NCBI GenBank assembly: GCA_041946805.1
Contig: JBHGBC010000004.1
Coordinates: forward strand, 32,001 to 96,000
Direction of reading: 5' to 3'
From: a bacterium
Lineage (GTDB): Bacteria > Hinthialibacterota > Hinthialibacteria > Hinthialibacterales > Hinthialibacteraceae
DNA length: 64,000 bases
The first letter of the stretch is position 1. Each line of letters opens with the position of its first letter. A model generated the notes under the pieces. That model saw nothing but the letters and a program-made list of their open reading frames with translations. It did no database searches and was not told where the DNA came from. Made by a program: the position numbers and the translations under genes. This document shows, piece after piece, positions 51,731-61,882 of this stretch.

Positions 51731-52177
51731 ATGAGAATTTCCGCGAAAGGGGAATACGCAGTTCTGGCCATGATGGACTTGTCCCAGGCGTATGAGTCCG
51801 ATGACGTACGGACGCTGGATGAGATCTCCAACGACGAAACCATCCCTCATCCCTTCCTGGTCCAAATTCTGCTGGAATTGAAGCGCGCCGGACTGGTGGA
51901 AAGCAAACGCGGGGCCGGGGGCGGTTACCGTCTCGCCCGCCATCCCCGGGAAATCAGCCTGGGCGAGGTAATCCGCCTGATCGACGGCCCTCTCTTGCCC
52001 TTCAAATGCACGATGCCCGCCATCGATAACAACGACTGTCCCCACCAGGGTAATTGCGTCATGACCACGGTATGGCATGATGTCCGCAAGGCCATCGAAG
52101 CCGTCATCGAGGGGATCTCCTTCGAGGAACTCGCCCGGCGGCGGGAAAACATGAATTCACCGATGTACCATATTTGA
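51731..52177 (+). CDS. Rrf2-family transcriptional regulator with three C-terminal Cys
   Basis: KGEYAV, LVESKRGAGGGYRLA, ISLGEVIR.IDG, C-x9-C-x5-C. Confidence 0.95.
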   Translation: MRISAKGEYAVLAMMDLSQAYESDDVRTLDEISNDETIPHPFLVQILLELKRAGLVESKRGAGGGYRLARHPREISLGEVIRLIDGPLLPFKCTMPAIDNNDCPHQGNCVMTTVWHDVRKAIEAVIEGISFEELARRRENMNSPMYHI

Positions 52178-52180
52178 CGC

Positions 52181-52224
52181 GTTTTTTTACGGTTCGTTTT
52201 TTTACAGTTCATTTTTTACAGTTC
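52181..52224. repeat. three 14-15 bp direct repeats (TTTTTTACRGTTC)
   Basis: gtttttttacggttc gtttttttacagttc attttttacagttc. Confidence 0.8.
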
Positions 52225-52382
52225 CCGGCACAGACTGGGATGCAAATACCTTCCATTTCACTGGATTGGCCCTCATTTTGGCGCAGCATTCTCCTCGCTG
52301 GATAAACCTATATCGCGTTATGGGTATTCCTTATTACCTGGATCCGCAGTCTACAGATAATCCAGGACCACACCTTGGTTTC

Positions 52383-52550
52383 GGTTCATCCGGGAAATGC
52401 GTACCCGGGAGACATTTTGACCAGGGTTGAAATCCTGGACTGTATTGAAGTCATCCCCTGAAGGGAACTCCCAGGGATTCGTGGGGTATAAACAGAATCC
52501 GTGAAGTCATAACGTGTTGAAAAGGCTCTCCCTCACCCTGGCCCTCTCCC
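52383..52550 (+). mobile_element. MITE-like element, partial copy E (A-type interior)
   Basis: Left TIR GGTTCATCCGGGAAATGCGTAC, CCAGGGTTGAAA module, CCCCTGAAGGG, CCCTCACCCTGGCCCTCTCCC; right TIR not seen. Confidence 0.6.
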
Positions 52551-52638
52551 TGGCGAAGATGGAAGCGGCTCACAGACCGGTAAAGGTGGAATCCGGTTAT
52601 CGCCAATACAAAAAAAACACGTTTTTTTGATTCCCCGC

Positions 52639-52699
52639 TTGATATTATATACAAAGAAGGTAGTATATAATCCATTCCTTGATCAATCCGGTAAACTAT
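52639..52699 (+). promoter_or_regulatory. sigma70-like promoter of cysC with downstream candidate Rrf2 operator
   Basis: TTGATA-16bp-TAGTAT, then imperfect palindrome attccttgatcaatccggtaaactat. Confidence 0.45.
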
Positions 52700-52724
52700 A
52701 AAAAGAAAGGATCACGCATCCCTT

Positions 52725-53303
52725 ATGTCTGTCGAGCCGCAATTCCGCCTCACCGAAAACGAACCGAAATGCAAGCATGCCGGCTTCACGGTCTGGTTTA
52801 CGGGTCTGTCCGGAGCCGGGAAGAGCACCATCAGCGCGGTTCTGATCCGCGAATTCCAGCGCCGGGGGATCAAACATGAAGTCCTGGACGGCGACGTGGT
52901 GCGCACCAATCTGAGCAAGGGTCTCGGATTTTCAAAAGAAGACCGGGACATCAATATCCGCCGGATCGGATTTGTCTGCCATCTTCTGACCCGGAACGAC
53001 GTAGTGGCCATCGCGGCGGCCATTTCCCCCTACCGGGCCATCCGGGATGAAGTCCGCCGGATGATCGGCCATTTTGTCGAGGTGTACGTCAAGGCGCCGC
53101 TCGAAGTCTGCGAGCAAAGGGACGTGAAAGGGCTGTATAAAAAGGCCCGGGCCGGGGAGATCAAGGAATTCACCGGCATTTCGGATCCCTACGAGGAACC
53201 GTTGCATCCGGAAGTGATCTGCGAAACCCACCGCGAGACTCCCGAGGAAAGCGCGGAAAAAATCCTGTCCAAACTGCGCGAGTTAGGCTATATCGAGTGG
53301 TAA
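52725..53303 (+). CDS. cysC: adenylyl-sulfate kinase
   Basis: [48 protein letters not shown]. Confidence 0.98.
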   Translation: MSVEPQFRLTENEPKCKHAGFTVWFTGLSGAGKSTISAVLIREFQRRGIKHEVLDGDVVRTNLSKGLGFSKEDRDINIRRIGFVCHLLTRNDVVAIAAAISPYRAIRDEVRRMIGHFVEVYVKAPLEVCEQRDVKGLYKKARAGEIKEFTGISDPYEEPLHPEVICETHRETPEESAEKILSKLRELGYIEW

Positions 53304-53360
53304 GGCGGCTGGACCGGCTGACGGGAACCACATAACGGATGATCCAGCCGGGCCGCAATT

Positions 53361-53945
53361 TCATGGCTTGGTGGATTGGGGAGGGGTGGCTGGTTGGATA
53401 TCCCCCGCCGGGGCTGGCGGAACCGATGATTCCACGGATTCGGGCCGCGCGTCGGCGCTGTTGAAGTAGTTGCTGTTGGTGAAGACGAAGAGATATTGTT
53501 TGCCGTTCAATCGGATTTCCGACAAGTTGCGGTGATACGGGTCCGTTTCCTCCAGCACATTGCAAAGCACCAGGAAGGCATCGGGCTTTTTCTTGAACGG
53601 AAAACGCAGATCGAAGGTGACGTAGGAGTCGTCTTCCTCCACCTTGAAGGTCACGCTCTTCATTTCCATCTTCAACTGGCGGCCGTCCGCCAGCACTTTG
53701 ATTTTGTTGGAGAGATAATAAAACATCATGGGCTTGACCGGCTGAATCTCCTCCTCCGACAATAGCAAATCTCCATTCAAATCGATCTGAAAGAGTTCCA
53801 GCGTGCACACCAGGGTGAAACGCAGTTTCAGTTGAATTTCATCCTCCTTCATCTCGACGACCGAATCAGAGAGGCTGTTCAAATGCGCGAAGGTCAGGCC
53901 GGCGGTCAACAACAGAAACGAAGTCACAAAAAACAATCTCTTCAT
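53361..53945 (-). CDS. exported protein resembling the N-terminal domain of HupE/UreJ-associated proteins
   Basis: Signal peptide ending FA|H, EF-hand-like DLNGDLLLSEEE, HRNL; family assignment tentative. Confidence 0.7.
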   Translation of the reverse strand: MKRLFFVTSFLLLTAGLTFAHLNSLSDSVVEMKEDEIQLKLRFTLVCTLELFQIDLNGDLLLSEEEIQPVKPMMFYYLSNKIKVLADGRQLKMEMKSVTFKVEEDDSYVTFDLRFPFKKKPDAFLVLCNVLEETDPYHRNLSEIRLNGKQYLFVFTNSNYFNSADARPESVESSVPPAPAGDIQPATPPQSTKP

Positions 53946-54068
53946 GATGGCGCACCGTAGGCGGGGGATTGGGATATTCCCGTTTTTCATCCTCCAGGAT
54001 TGCGGGGACCGGCGGCGGCCGGGGCAGTCCCGGCCGCGTGAGAAGAATCGGGCGGAGGGCATGAAAGG

Positions 54069-54356
54069 TTATTCGGTGACGCGGGGAACCCGGAAGTACG
54101 GATCATACCGGTCGGGGGCGTTTTTCAAGGCTTCCTCGCGGGGAAGCGAAGGTTCGACCACATCGTCGCGCATGACGTTGGACAGGGGCAGCGCGTGGGA
54201 CATCGGTTCGACGCCGTCCACGTTCAATTCCTTTAATTTCTGCACGTATTCCAGCATCTCCGCCAGGTGGGCGGTGTAGACCGGCACTTCCTCGTCCTTG
54301 AGTTCCAGGCGGCTCAGCAGGGCGATATGTTTCACTTCCTCGGGCGTAATGCTCAT
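54069..54356 (-). CDS. gatC: Asp/Glu-tRNA amidotransferase subunit C
   Basis: ITPEEVKHIALLSRL, VEPMSH, NVMRDD, NAP, FRVPRV. Confidence 0.96.
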   Translation of the reverse strand: MSITPEEVKHIALLSRLELKDEEVPVYTAHLAEMLEYVQKLKELNVDGVEPMSHALPLSNVMRDDVVEPSLPREEALKNAPDRYDPYFRVPRVTE

Positions 54357-55057
54357 TTTTCCTCCTTACCCGGCCCGGGGGCTTCAGTCCACACCGCCGT
54401 GACCGCGTCGGGATGGCGGGGATTTTCCTCTGCCGGTCCCGGATTTTCAATCACCGCGGGTTCCCCGGCCTCCGGATCCTTGAGCAGCACCGTGGGCGGC
54501 GCCCCCTTAAAGCGGCCATCGGGGGCCAGATCGCGGGGCAGGATTTTCTTGATCAGAACCTCGATTTTCTCGATGCGGCTGACCCCCAGGGTTTCAGTCA
54601 GTTCATGCTGGATTTTTTCCTGAAAATTCCGCGTGAATTCCGGGATGTTGTGTTGCAGTTCGAGAACCAGTTTGGTCTTCAGGATCAGCCCGCCGTTTTC
54701 CAGGCCGGCCCGCACCGCGATATCGCGCACGCCGCTGATGGATTTTCCCTTGCGTTGGATGAATTCCTCCACCGCGTTGAGCGAGACGCCGATCTCGCCG
54801 GATTCGTGGTCGATGGTGATATGCGGCCGGACGCCGGGTTCCAGGCCCATCATCATGGCCATCAGGGCCAGGCAACAACCCATCGAGATCAGGCCCAGGG
54901 CGATGAAGATGAGTTTCCCCCACCGTTCCGTGGAGAGTTCCAGCAAGGCCAAGCTGAGGTGCTTGAGCCCAGCGATATCCCAGAAGACGATATACCAGGA
55001 AAGCAGGCACAAGCAGAAAAGCAAGGAAAACGCGAGGAGAAGGCTGAGATACTTCAT
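54353..55057 (-). CDS. amaP: AmaP-like membrane anchor
   Basis: Two N-terminal TMs followed by GEIGVSLNAVEE Asp23-like domain; follows asp23. Confidence 0.75.
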   Translation of the reverse strand: MKYLSLLLAFSLLFCLCLLSWYIVFWDIAGLKHLSLALLELSTERWGKLIFIALGLISMGCCLALMAMMMGLEPGVRPHITIDHESGEIGVSLNAVEEFIQRKGKSISGVRDIAVRAGLENGGLILKTKLVLELQHNIPEFTRNFQEKIQHELTETLGVSRIEKIEVLIKKILPRDLAPDGRFKGAPPTVLLKDPEAGEPAVIENPGPAEENPRHPDAVTAVWTEAPGPGKEEK

Positions 55058-55077
55058 CGGCGGCCGCCCATCCGGCG

Positions 55078-55470
55078 TTATTGGTTCACCGCGTTGGCCT
55101 GGACCGCGTCATGCTCCAGCAGCAGCGGTTCATCCACCGTGTATACATTTTCCACGTTGAGCGCCACCCGGTTGACCACCAGGCCGGCGGTCAATTCCAA
55201 CGCCCGGGTGATCCGGCCTTGCAACTCCCGGGCCTCCTTGATGATCTTGGTGCCAAACAAGACCGTCAGCGTCAAGGTGGCTTCCACGCTGCCTTCCACG
55301 AAACTCACCTTGATACACCGCTCCATGATTTTCCGGCTGGCGGATTCGCCTCCCTTCATTCCCGGGAAACGGAAGCACCGGCTATTCTCCACCTCCCGCA
55401 TGATGATGCGGCGCACGATGGACGGAGAAATCTGAATCCGGCCCAATTCGTTTTCGAAAAAACCAACCAT
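55078..55470 (-). CDS. Asp23/Gls24 family envelope stress protein
   Basis: ELGRIQISPSIV, FGTKI..ARELQ..LELTAGLVV..V.LNV. Confidence 0.85.
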   Translation of the reverse strand: MVGFFENELGRIQISPSIVRRIIMREVENSRCFRFPGMKGGESASRKIMERCIKVSFVEGSVEATLTLTVLFGTKIIKEARELQGRITRALELTAGLVVNRVALNVENVYTVDEPLLLEHDAVQANAVNQ

Positions 55471-55626
55471 GGACACCTCTCAACCCCACGGGTCATTTTC
55501 CAGATTATATCATGGTTCTTGCGGTCATGCGGGAAAACCGGTATCTCCATTTGTTTTTTTACATTTGAAATTTCTTCCGGCCGGATAAGGCTTCCCTTTC
55601 CCGCCGGGGGACGCCGGCCGGACCGG

Positions 55627-56925
55627 TTACAATCCCGGACGCGCGGCCGTTTCGGTCATGCCGGGCTTCCGCCGGTTGAGGATCAAATACGCCCCGGCCA
55701 GCAGTACGCCATACAATTTTACCGACATTCCCAACGTCATCCAGCCATGCCGAAACAGGGGATTGTCATGATGAAAAGGAATCGCCAGCAGCGCGATGCC
55801 CACCGCCAGGCCCCAGATCCCGCGCGTCTTCCCCTCCAGGGCCGACCGGACGGCCACGGCGATGACGAACAGCGCCTGCACCAGGTAATGATCCCAAAAC
55901 AGGCTGGGAAGCAGCAGCATGCCCAGAATCCACAAGGCATACTCCTCCACCGCCGCATCGCGCGGATCCCGCCTCGTGATCCCCAACAGCAGACCGATGA
56001 TGGACAACGCCGTCAGATACGACAAGCCCTGAGCCAGGGCGGGAAAATCGGTGATCCCCGGATACATGTCAGGGACCGTCTCGTTTCGCGTCAGGAGCCG
56101 GTACCACAGGGCGGAGGGCGCCTGGTTGAAGGGATCGACGTCATAGTGCTGCGACACGGCGTTGTACGGTTCCAGATGGCTCCAGGTGGAACAGCCATAC
56201 CGCATGTCCCGGGCCATGTGGAGAAAGGAGACGTGGACATCCTTTCCCAGCCAAGCCAGGGAAAGGCCGCCGGAGAGGAGAAGCACGGCCAGGCCGGTGG
56301 CCAAGCCCGTCCACCGTTTTTTCCACGCCAAGTAGAGCAGCAGAAACGCCGGAGTGATCTTCACCGCCGCGCCCAGGCCCAGCCAGGCCCCGGCCGCCGC
56401 GTCCCGCTTGTTGCTCAACCAATACCAGCCGCCGGTCAGCCCCAGGAGCATGAAGGTGTTCATTTGCCCGGCCGAGTAGGTTTTGAAGAGCGGATAAAAG
56501 CAGCCCGACAGCGCCAGCAACACGCCCCACCAGAACCACGGGCGCAACCGGTCCCGGTCCAGAATCCGCACCAACAGGGCCAGGGAGGCCAGGTAGGCCG
56601 CATGGCTCAATCCGGTGAACAACAACCAGGCGGCGTCGTAACTCATCCGGCTGAGAGGAATGAGCATCAAGGCGAAAAAGGGGGGATAAACAAAGGGGTT
56701 TAGGCCCGTGGGGATTTGCAGGTACTGGTAGGTTTTGAAAATGATAGGGAAGTCGAAGAAATCCCCGCCCCGGTCCGCAAGGTACCCCGCGACGTACAGG
56801 TGGGCGAAATCGTTCCGGGTGGCGTATAGATAGCCGATGTTGATCGAGGATTGCAGATAATAAAATAATCCGGTTACCCCTAACAACAACCCGGCGGTTC
56901 TTTCCACATTCCGGTCCATGGCCAT
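55627..56925 (-). CDS. GT87-family (GT-C) membrane glycosyltransferase
   Basis: NDF..Y, FVYPPFFA, GQMN, AAVKITP, NQA, WDHY; many TMs. Confidence 0.88.
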   Translation of the reverse strand: MAMDRNVERTAGLLLGVTGLFYYLQSSINIGYLYATRNDFAHLYVAGYLADRGGDFFDFPIIFKTYQYLQIPTGLNPFVYPPFFALMLIPLSRMSYDAAWLLFTGLSHAAYLASLALLVRILDRDRLRPWFWWGVLLALSGCFYPLFKTYSAGQMNTFMLLGLTGGWYWLSNKRDAAAGAWLGLGAAVKITPAFLLLYLAWKKRWTGLATGLAVLLLSGGLSLAWLGKDVHVSFLHMARDMRYGCSTWSHLEPYNAVSQHYDVDPFNQAPSALWYRLLTRNETVPDMYPGITDFPALAQGLSYLTALSIIGLLLGITRRDPRDAAVEEYALWILGMLLLPSLFWDHYLVQALFVIAVAVRSALEGKTRGIWGLAVGIALLAIPFHHDNPLFRHGWMTLGMSVKLYGVLLAGAYLILNRRKPGMTETAARPGL

Positions 56926-57081
56926 CCTGTTTGCCTGAAAAATGATATCCCCGGGCACTATACAGGAATCCCGTCCCGCCGCGCAATGTCCCTGTCCCCG
57001 CCGCGCCGGGTCCGGCTCATGTTTACAAGCGGTATTCCAACCGATACCATAATCCGCGGACGGAAGAATCCAGGGAAAACC

Positions 57082-57768
57082 ATGAGCCGCCTCGAAAAAC
57101 AAATACTGGACATGCTGCAGCATCAAATCGTCGCGCGGGGAATCGACAATCCCAAAATTTTGGAAGCCATGCAGAGGGCGCCCCGGCACTTGTTCGTCCC
57201 CCCCGACATGCTCGACGACGCCTACCAGGACCATCCCATCGCCCTGCCCGAGGAGCGGACCACCATATCGCAACCCTACATGGTGGCCTACATGACCGAC
57301 GCCTTGCATTGTCAATCCACCGACCGGGTGCTGGAAATCGGCACCGGCTCCGGATACCAGGCCGCGATCCTGGCCCATTTGTGCCGGGAAATCCATACCG
57401 TGGAACGGTACCCCACGTTAAGCGCGAACGCCCAGCGCGCCATCCTCGGGCTGGGATTGACTAATGTGTATTTCCAGACGGGCGATGGGTGTCTCGGCTG
57501 GCCGGAAAAGGCTCCCTTCGACAAGATCGTGGTCACGGCGGCCGTGCGGCGCATCCCCCGTCCCTTGCTCGAGCAGCTGGCGGACCGGGGCATCCTGCTG
57601 ATTCCCGTGGGCGATTCGCAGATTCAAACCCTGGTCCATATCCAGCGGCAAGGCAACGCGTTTGTCACTCAACGGTTGATCCCTTGTGTCTTCGTTCCCA
57701 TGATCTCCAATGAGCAGGACCTGACCCAGGCCGACCTGGTGGATTCCGTCGAGCTCTCTTCGCTATGA
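57082..57768 (+). CDS. pcm: protein-L-isoaspartate O-methyltransferase
   Basis: PRHLFVP, TISQPYMVA, VLEIGTGSGYQAA, APFDKIVVTAA, FVPM. Confidence 0.97.
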   Translation: MSRLEKQILDMLQHQIVARGIDNPKILEAMQRAPRHLFVPPDMLDDAYQDHPIALPEERTTISQPYMVAYMTDALHCQSTDRVLEIGTGSGYQAAILAHLCREIHTVERYPTLSANAQRAILGLGLTNVYFQTGDGCLGWPEKAPFDKIVVTAAVRRIPRPLLEQLADRGILLIPVGDSQIQTLVHIQRQGNAFVTQRLIPCVFVPMISNEQDLTQADLVDSVELSSL

Positions 57769-58943
57769 ATCCGTTGTCCTCTTCCCAAGAAACACTGTTG
57801 CGTTCCATCCTGCGGAACGCCCTGGCGGCATCCGGCGCGCTCCGGCGTGTAACCATTGTGGACTCGCGGCAGGAAATCCCGTTGATATCGGCGGAACGGG
57901 AGGAGGACGCTCCGGTCCGTATTTCTTCCTCCCCAGGAATCCCCGCGGAAGCCGTCAACCCTGAACAAGCCGTCGAGGAGCTGCTGCGCGTCCTGAGGGA
58001 AAATGGGGGGAGCGCGCTGATCGACGATGGATACAATATCACGCGGGTCGCGTTGCGGGGCGGTTCAATCCTCCGGGAAATCCTGGACCGGACCGCTGAG
58101 GCATCGGGATTGAAGGAGCCGCTCTGGGCCGTAGGCAAGGCCACCCGCCTGGACCCCCGCCAGGCCGCGCCCCTGCTGAAAAGCATCGGGCTGATGACGC
58201 CGGAGGGGGAGATCAAGGCCCCCATGCGGAGAAAATTCAAGCAGGTCAATCATTTCCTCGAATTGCTGGCTCCCCTGTTGAAACAAACAACCGGCCATGC
58301 GCCCCTGACCTTGGCTGATTGCGGGTGCGGCAAGACCTATCTGGGATTCGTGTTGTACTGGTACGTCCGGCGGGTGTTGAACCGCCCGGCCCGCTTTTAC
58401 GGGATCGATCTATCCGAAAAATTGATCCGGGATTGCGAACGTCGCGCCGCGGAGATGGGATTGAAGGACATCGAGTTCCAATGCGCGCCCATCCGGCGGG
58501 CGGAAATCCCCGGCCGGATTCATCTGCTCATCAGCCTCCACGCCTGCGACACGGCCACCGACGAGGCGATCGCCCTGGGCGTGGCGCGGGAAGCGGAACA
58601 CTTGGCCGCCGCGCCCTGCTGCCAGCAGGAACTGGCCGGCCAGATCGGCGGCGTACCCCAATATCCCATCGTCCGGCATGGGATTTTCAAGCACCGCTTC
58701 GCCGACCTGCTGACCGACATGGCCCGGGCGCTGTTTTTGGAATCCCAAGGATATACAGTCACGGCCGGCGAATTTGTCTCGGCCGATGACACACCCAAAA
58801 ATTTGCTGATCCGCGCCCGCCGGGGGAATCCGCACGCCGCCCGCCGCCGGAAGGAATACGAAACCTTCAAGCAGTATTATCATATTGATCCGTCGCTTGA
58901 CCATTTTCTACAGGAATTGGAGGCCGGCCGGCGCCATCCATGA
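57765..58943 (+). CDS. SAM-dependent methyltransferase (Methyltransf_32 type)
   Basis: KFKQVNHF, DCGCGKTYLGF, SLHACDTATD, PCC, TPKNLLIRA. Confidence 0.9.
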   Translation: MNPLSSSQETLLRSILRNALAASGALRRVTIVDSRQEIPLISAEREEDAPVRISSSPGIPAEAVNPEQAVEELLRVLRENGGSALIDDGYNITRVALRGGSILREILDRTAEASGLKEPLWAVGKATRLDPRQAAPLLKSIGLMTPEGEIKAPMRRKFKQVNHFLELLAPLLKQTTGHAPLTLADCGCGKTYLGFVLYWYVRRVLNRPARFYGIDLSEKLIRDCERRAAEMGLKDIEFQCAPIRRAEIPGRIHLLISLHACDTATDEAIALGVAREAEHLAAAPCCQQELAGQIGGVPQYPIVRHGIFKHRFADLLTDMARALFLESQGYTVTAGEFVSADDTPKNLLIRARRGNPHAARRRKEYETFKQYYHIDPSLDHFLQELEAGRRHP

Positions 58944-60259
58944 ATCGTGAATTCTCTCGGCAATTGATCCATATCAGCATGGCGGGATTCGCGTTGACGT
59001 TTCCCCTCCTTACCGCTCCCTGGGCCTTTCTGCTGGCCGCCGGCGCGTTCCTGCACAATATCTTTCTGCTTCCCCAGTACGCCCCCCAACTGTTCCGCGA
59101 GCGGGAAAAACTCAGCCAGGGCATCGCCCTCTACCCGGTGATGGTCGGCGTGTTGATTCTCCTCTTTCCCACCCGGTTGTACCTGGCCGCCGGGGCCTGG
59201 GGGATCCTGGCCTTCGGGGATGGCTTCTCGACGCTGGTGGGCCGGCGCTGGCCGTTGTCGCCCCTGCCCTGGAATCCCCGGAAATCATTAGGCGGCCTGC
59301 TGAGTTTCATGGCGGCGGGCAGCGCGGCCGCCTGGCTCATGATGGCCTGGAACGCGCCGGACGCGGCGTGGCGGCATCTCGCCATGACCGCCGCCGGCGC
59401 GGCCGGCGTCGCCGCGATCTATGAATCCCTCCCCCTCCCCTGGGACGACAACCTGGTGGTGGCGTTGATCGCGGCCTTGTTCCTTTGCCTGTTTTGGGAT
59501 CTGGATTGGTCCCGCGACACCGCTTCCATCACCGGGTTCCAGTGGGGCGTGGCGCTGGTGGTGAACGTGCTGGCGGCGTCGCTGGCCTGGTGGCTGGGAT
59601 TCGTCTCGTCCTCGGGCGCCGGGGGCGGGCTGTTCCTCGGCACGATTATCCTGGCCATGGGAAATTGGGAGATGTACGCGCTCCTGCTGTTCTTCTTCGT
59701 CCTGGCCAGCATCGCCACGCGGATCGGGTATCACGAAAAAATGATTATCGGCGGAGCGCAGGAGAAAGGCGGCCGGCGGGGCGCGAAACACGCGCTGGCC
59801 AACTGCCTGCTGCCGGCGGCGGCGGTCATCGCGCTGGGATCGAGCAACGGCGCGGACCTGCTCCTGGCCCTCTTTTTTTGCGGCGCGCTGGCCACGGCCC
59901 TGGGTGATACGATCTCGAGCGAACTGGGCCAGGTCTACGGACGCAATCCCTTTTTGCCCACCACGTTCCGCCGGGTGGCCGCCGGAACAGTGGGAGCCGT
60001 ATCGGTCGAGGGTTTGCTCTTCGGGATGGGAGCCGGCGGACTGATGGCGGGCATCGCCGCCGGACTGGGCGTTATCACCTGGGCGTTGATCCCGGCGGTT
60101 ACCATCGGCAGCTGGCTGGGATTTTACGCGGAATCGTACATCGGCGGGTATTGGACCGAGGAAGGTTACGAGGTCAACAATGAATGGATGAACCTGCTCA
60201 ACACGTTCATCGGCGGCACCATGGCCCTGGCCGTGGGCCTGTTGACCCATGGATGGTGA
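58940..60259 (+). CDS. membrane fusion: phytol/dolichol kinase-like domain + DUF92 (TMEM19)
   Basis: RQLIHI, GDGFSTLVG, KSLGG, DDNL; then RRGAKHALAN, DTISSELG, GAVSVEG, ESYIG, NNEWMN. Confidence 0.85.
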   Translation: MNREFSRQLIHISMAGFALTFPLLTAPWAFLLAAGAFLHNIFLLPQYAPQLFREREKLSQGIALYPVMVGVLILLFPTRLYLAAGAWGILAFGDGFSTLVGRRWPLSPLPWNPRKSLGGLLSFMAAGSAAAWLMMAWNAPDAAWRHLAMTAAGAAGVAAIYESLPLPWDDNLVVALIAALFLCLFWDLDWSRDTASITGFQWGVALVVNVLAASLAWWLGFVSSSGAGGGLFLGTIILAMGNWEMYALLLFFFVLASIATRIGYHEKMIIGGAQEKGGRRGAKHALANCLLPAAAVIALGSSNGADLLLALFFCGALATALGDTISSELGQVYGRNPFLPTTFRRVAAGTVGAVSVEGLLFGMGAGGLMAGIAAGLGVITWALIPAVTIGSWLGFYAESYIGGYWTEEGYEVNNEWMNLLNTFIGGTMALAVGLLTHGW

Positions 60260-60549
60260 CGGTTGGGATCACGCGGGAAAAGTGGGCTGAATCCAGTTCC
60301 ATTTCCACGCGGTTCCTAGCCAATCCGGGAAATGAATAGGATGTTGAAAGAGGATTTTGGTCCGCTCCATGATGTGGACGGATGGAAAGGGCAGCCCTTG
60401 ACCCAAAATCCTCATCCTAGCCCTCTCCCAGAGAGAGGATTGGGATCAGTTCTCTCAGACTGGTCTGAACGGTGCTTCGGCAGCGCTTTACCGGCAATCG
60501 GCAGCATTCGCGAAACACACAATAATCATATCGAAACGCCGATGTATCT

Positions 60550-61659
60550 TTACTTGGAAAACACGCGTTTCCCCATCGCGTCGGCCGGGCCGCCGAGGCC
60601 TTCCTTGGCGATCATGTCGATCAGCGCCTGGGGATTGCGCATGTGCAGCTGCGCTTCCTCGCGCGTGATCAGTCCGCGTTGATAGAGCCGGATCAACGAT
60701 GCATCCATCGTCGTCATCCCTTCTTTCGTCCCCGTTTCGATCACGCTGTAGAGCTGATGGGTTTTCCCTTCCCGGATGAGGGCGGCCGAGGCGTAGACGT
60801 TCTTCAGCACTTCCACCGCCAGCGCCCGCCCGGTCCCCGTGGCCTTGGGAATGAGCCGCTGCGAGATCACCGCCGCCAGGGTCAGCGACAGTTGCACGCG
60901 GACCTGCTGCTGCTGCCGCTCGGGGAAGACGTCGATGATGCGGTCGACGGTCTGCACGGCGTCGTTGGTGTGCAGGGTGGCCAGCACCAGGTGGCCGGTT
61001 TCCGCCGCGGTCAGCGCCGCCGCGATGGTGTCCAGGTCGCGCATTTCGCCCACCATGATCACGTCCGGATCCTGCCGCAGGCAGTATTTCAGGGCTATGG
61101 CGAACGTGTGCGTGTCGGCCCCCAGCTCGCGCTGGTCCACCACGCTGTTGCGGTGTTCGTGGACGTATTCGATGGGATCCTCGATGGCGATGATGTGGCA
61201 GCAGCGGTTCGTGTTGATCAGGTCGATCATCGAGGCCATGGTCGTGGTTTTGCCATGGCCGGTCGGCCCCGTGACCAGGATCAATCCCTGGGGCAAAAAC
61301 GACAGGTCGTAGGCGATCGGGGGGAGCCCCAGTTCCTTCAATTTGGGGATGATGTTGGCGATGGGACGGAACGCGGCCGCCACGCATCCCTTCTGGTAAT
61401 ACACGTTGACCCGGTACCGGTGCGAAACGCCCACACCCAGCGAAAAATCGAGTTCCTTGTTCTCCTCGAACGCCAGGCGCTGCTGCTCGTGCAGCAGGCT
61501 GTATACCAGCCGTTTCACTTCATCCGGCGACAAGGGCGGATGGTCCAGCCGCCGCAGGTTGCCATGCACCCGCACCATGGGCGATACCCCGGCGGTCAGC
61601 AGCAGGTCCGACGCCTGCAGCCGGGTGGTCTCTTCAAACAAATCACTGATTTCCACCAT
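60550..61659 (-). CDS. pilT: type IV pilus retraction ATPase
   Basis: ASDLLL, GPTGHGKTTT, IEDPIEY, LRQDPDVIMVGEMRD, AETGHLVLATLHT. Confidence 0.95.
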   Translation of the reverse strand: MVEISDLFEETTRLQASDLLLTAGVSPMVRVHGNLRRLDHPPLSPDEVKRLVYSLLHEQQRLAFEENKELDFSLGVGVSHRYRVNVYYQKGCVAAAFRPIANIIPKLKELGLPPIAYDLSFLPQGLILVTGPTGHGKTTTMASMIDLINTNRCCHIIAIEDPIEYVHEHRNSVVDQRELGADTHTFAIALKYCLRQDPDVIMVGEMRDLDTIAAALTAAETGHLVLATLHTNDAVQTVDRIIDVFPERQQQQVRVQLSLTLAAVISQRLIPKATGTGRALAVEVLKNVYASAALIREGKTHQLYSVIETGTKEGMTTMDASLIRLYQRGLITREEAQLHMRNPQALIDMIAKEGLGGPADAMGKRVFSK

Positions 61660-61882
61660 GCCTTTGTCCTCGCGTTGGGCTTATCCTAGAAATTTCCCAC
61701 AAGAAACCGATGTCATCCCCGCGAATGCGGGGATCCAAAGCTTTATCCCAGTATGAAAAAACCAGGAAGTCATGTAAGCCTATTCACTATCGTAGGTACA
61801 AGATGCCACGCGTCCCTACTTCCCACGCCAGGGATCTTTCCCTCACCCTGGCCTCCTCCCCGAGAGAATGGGGATGATTGTC

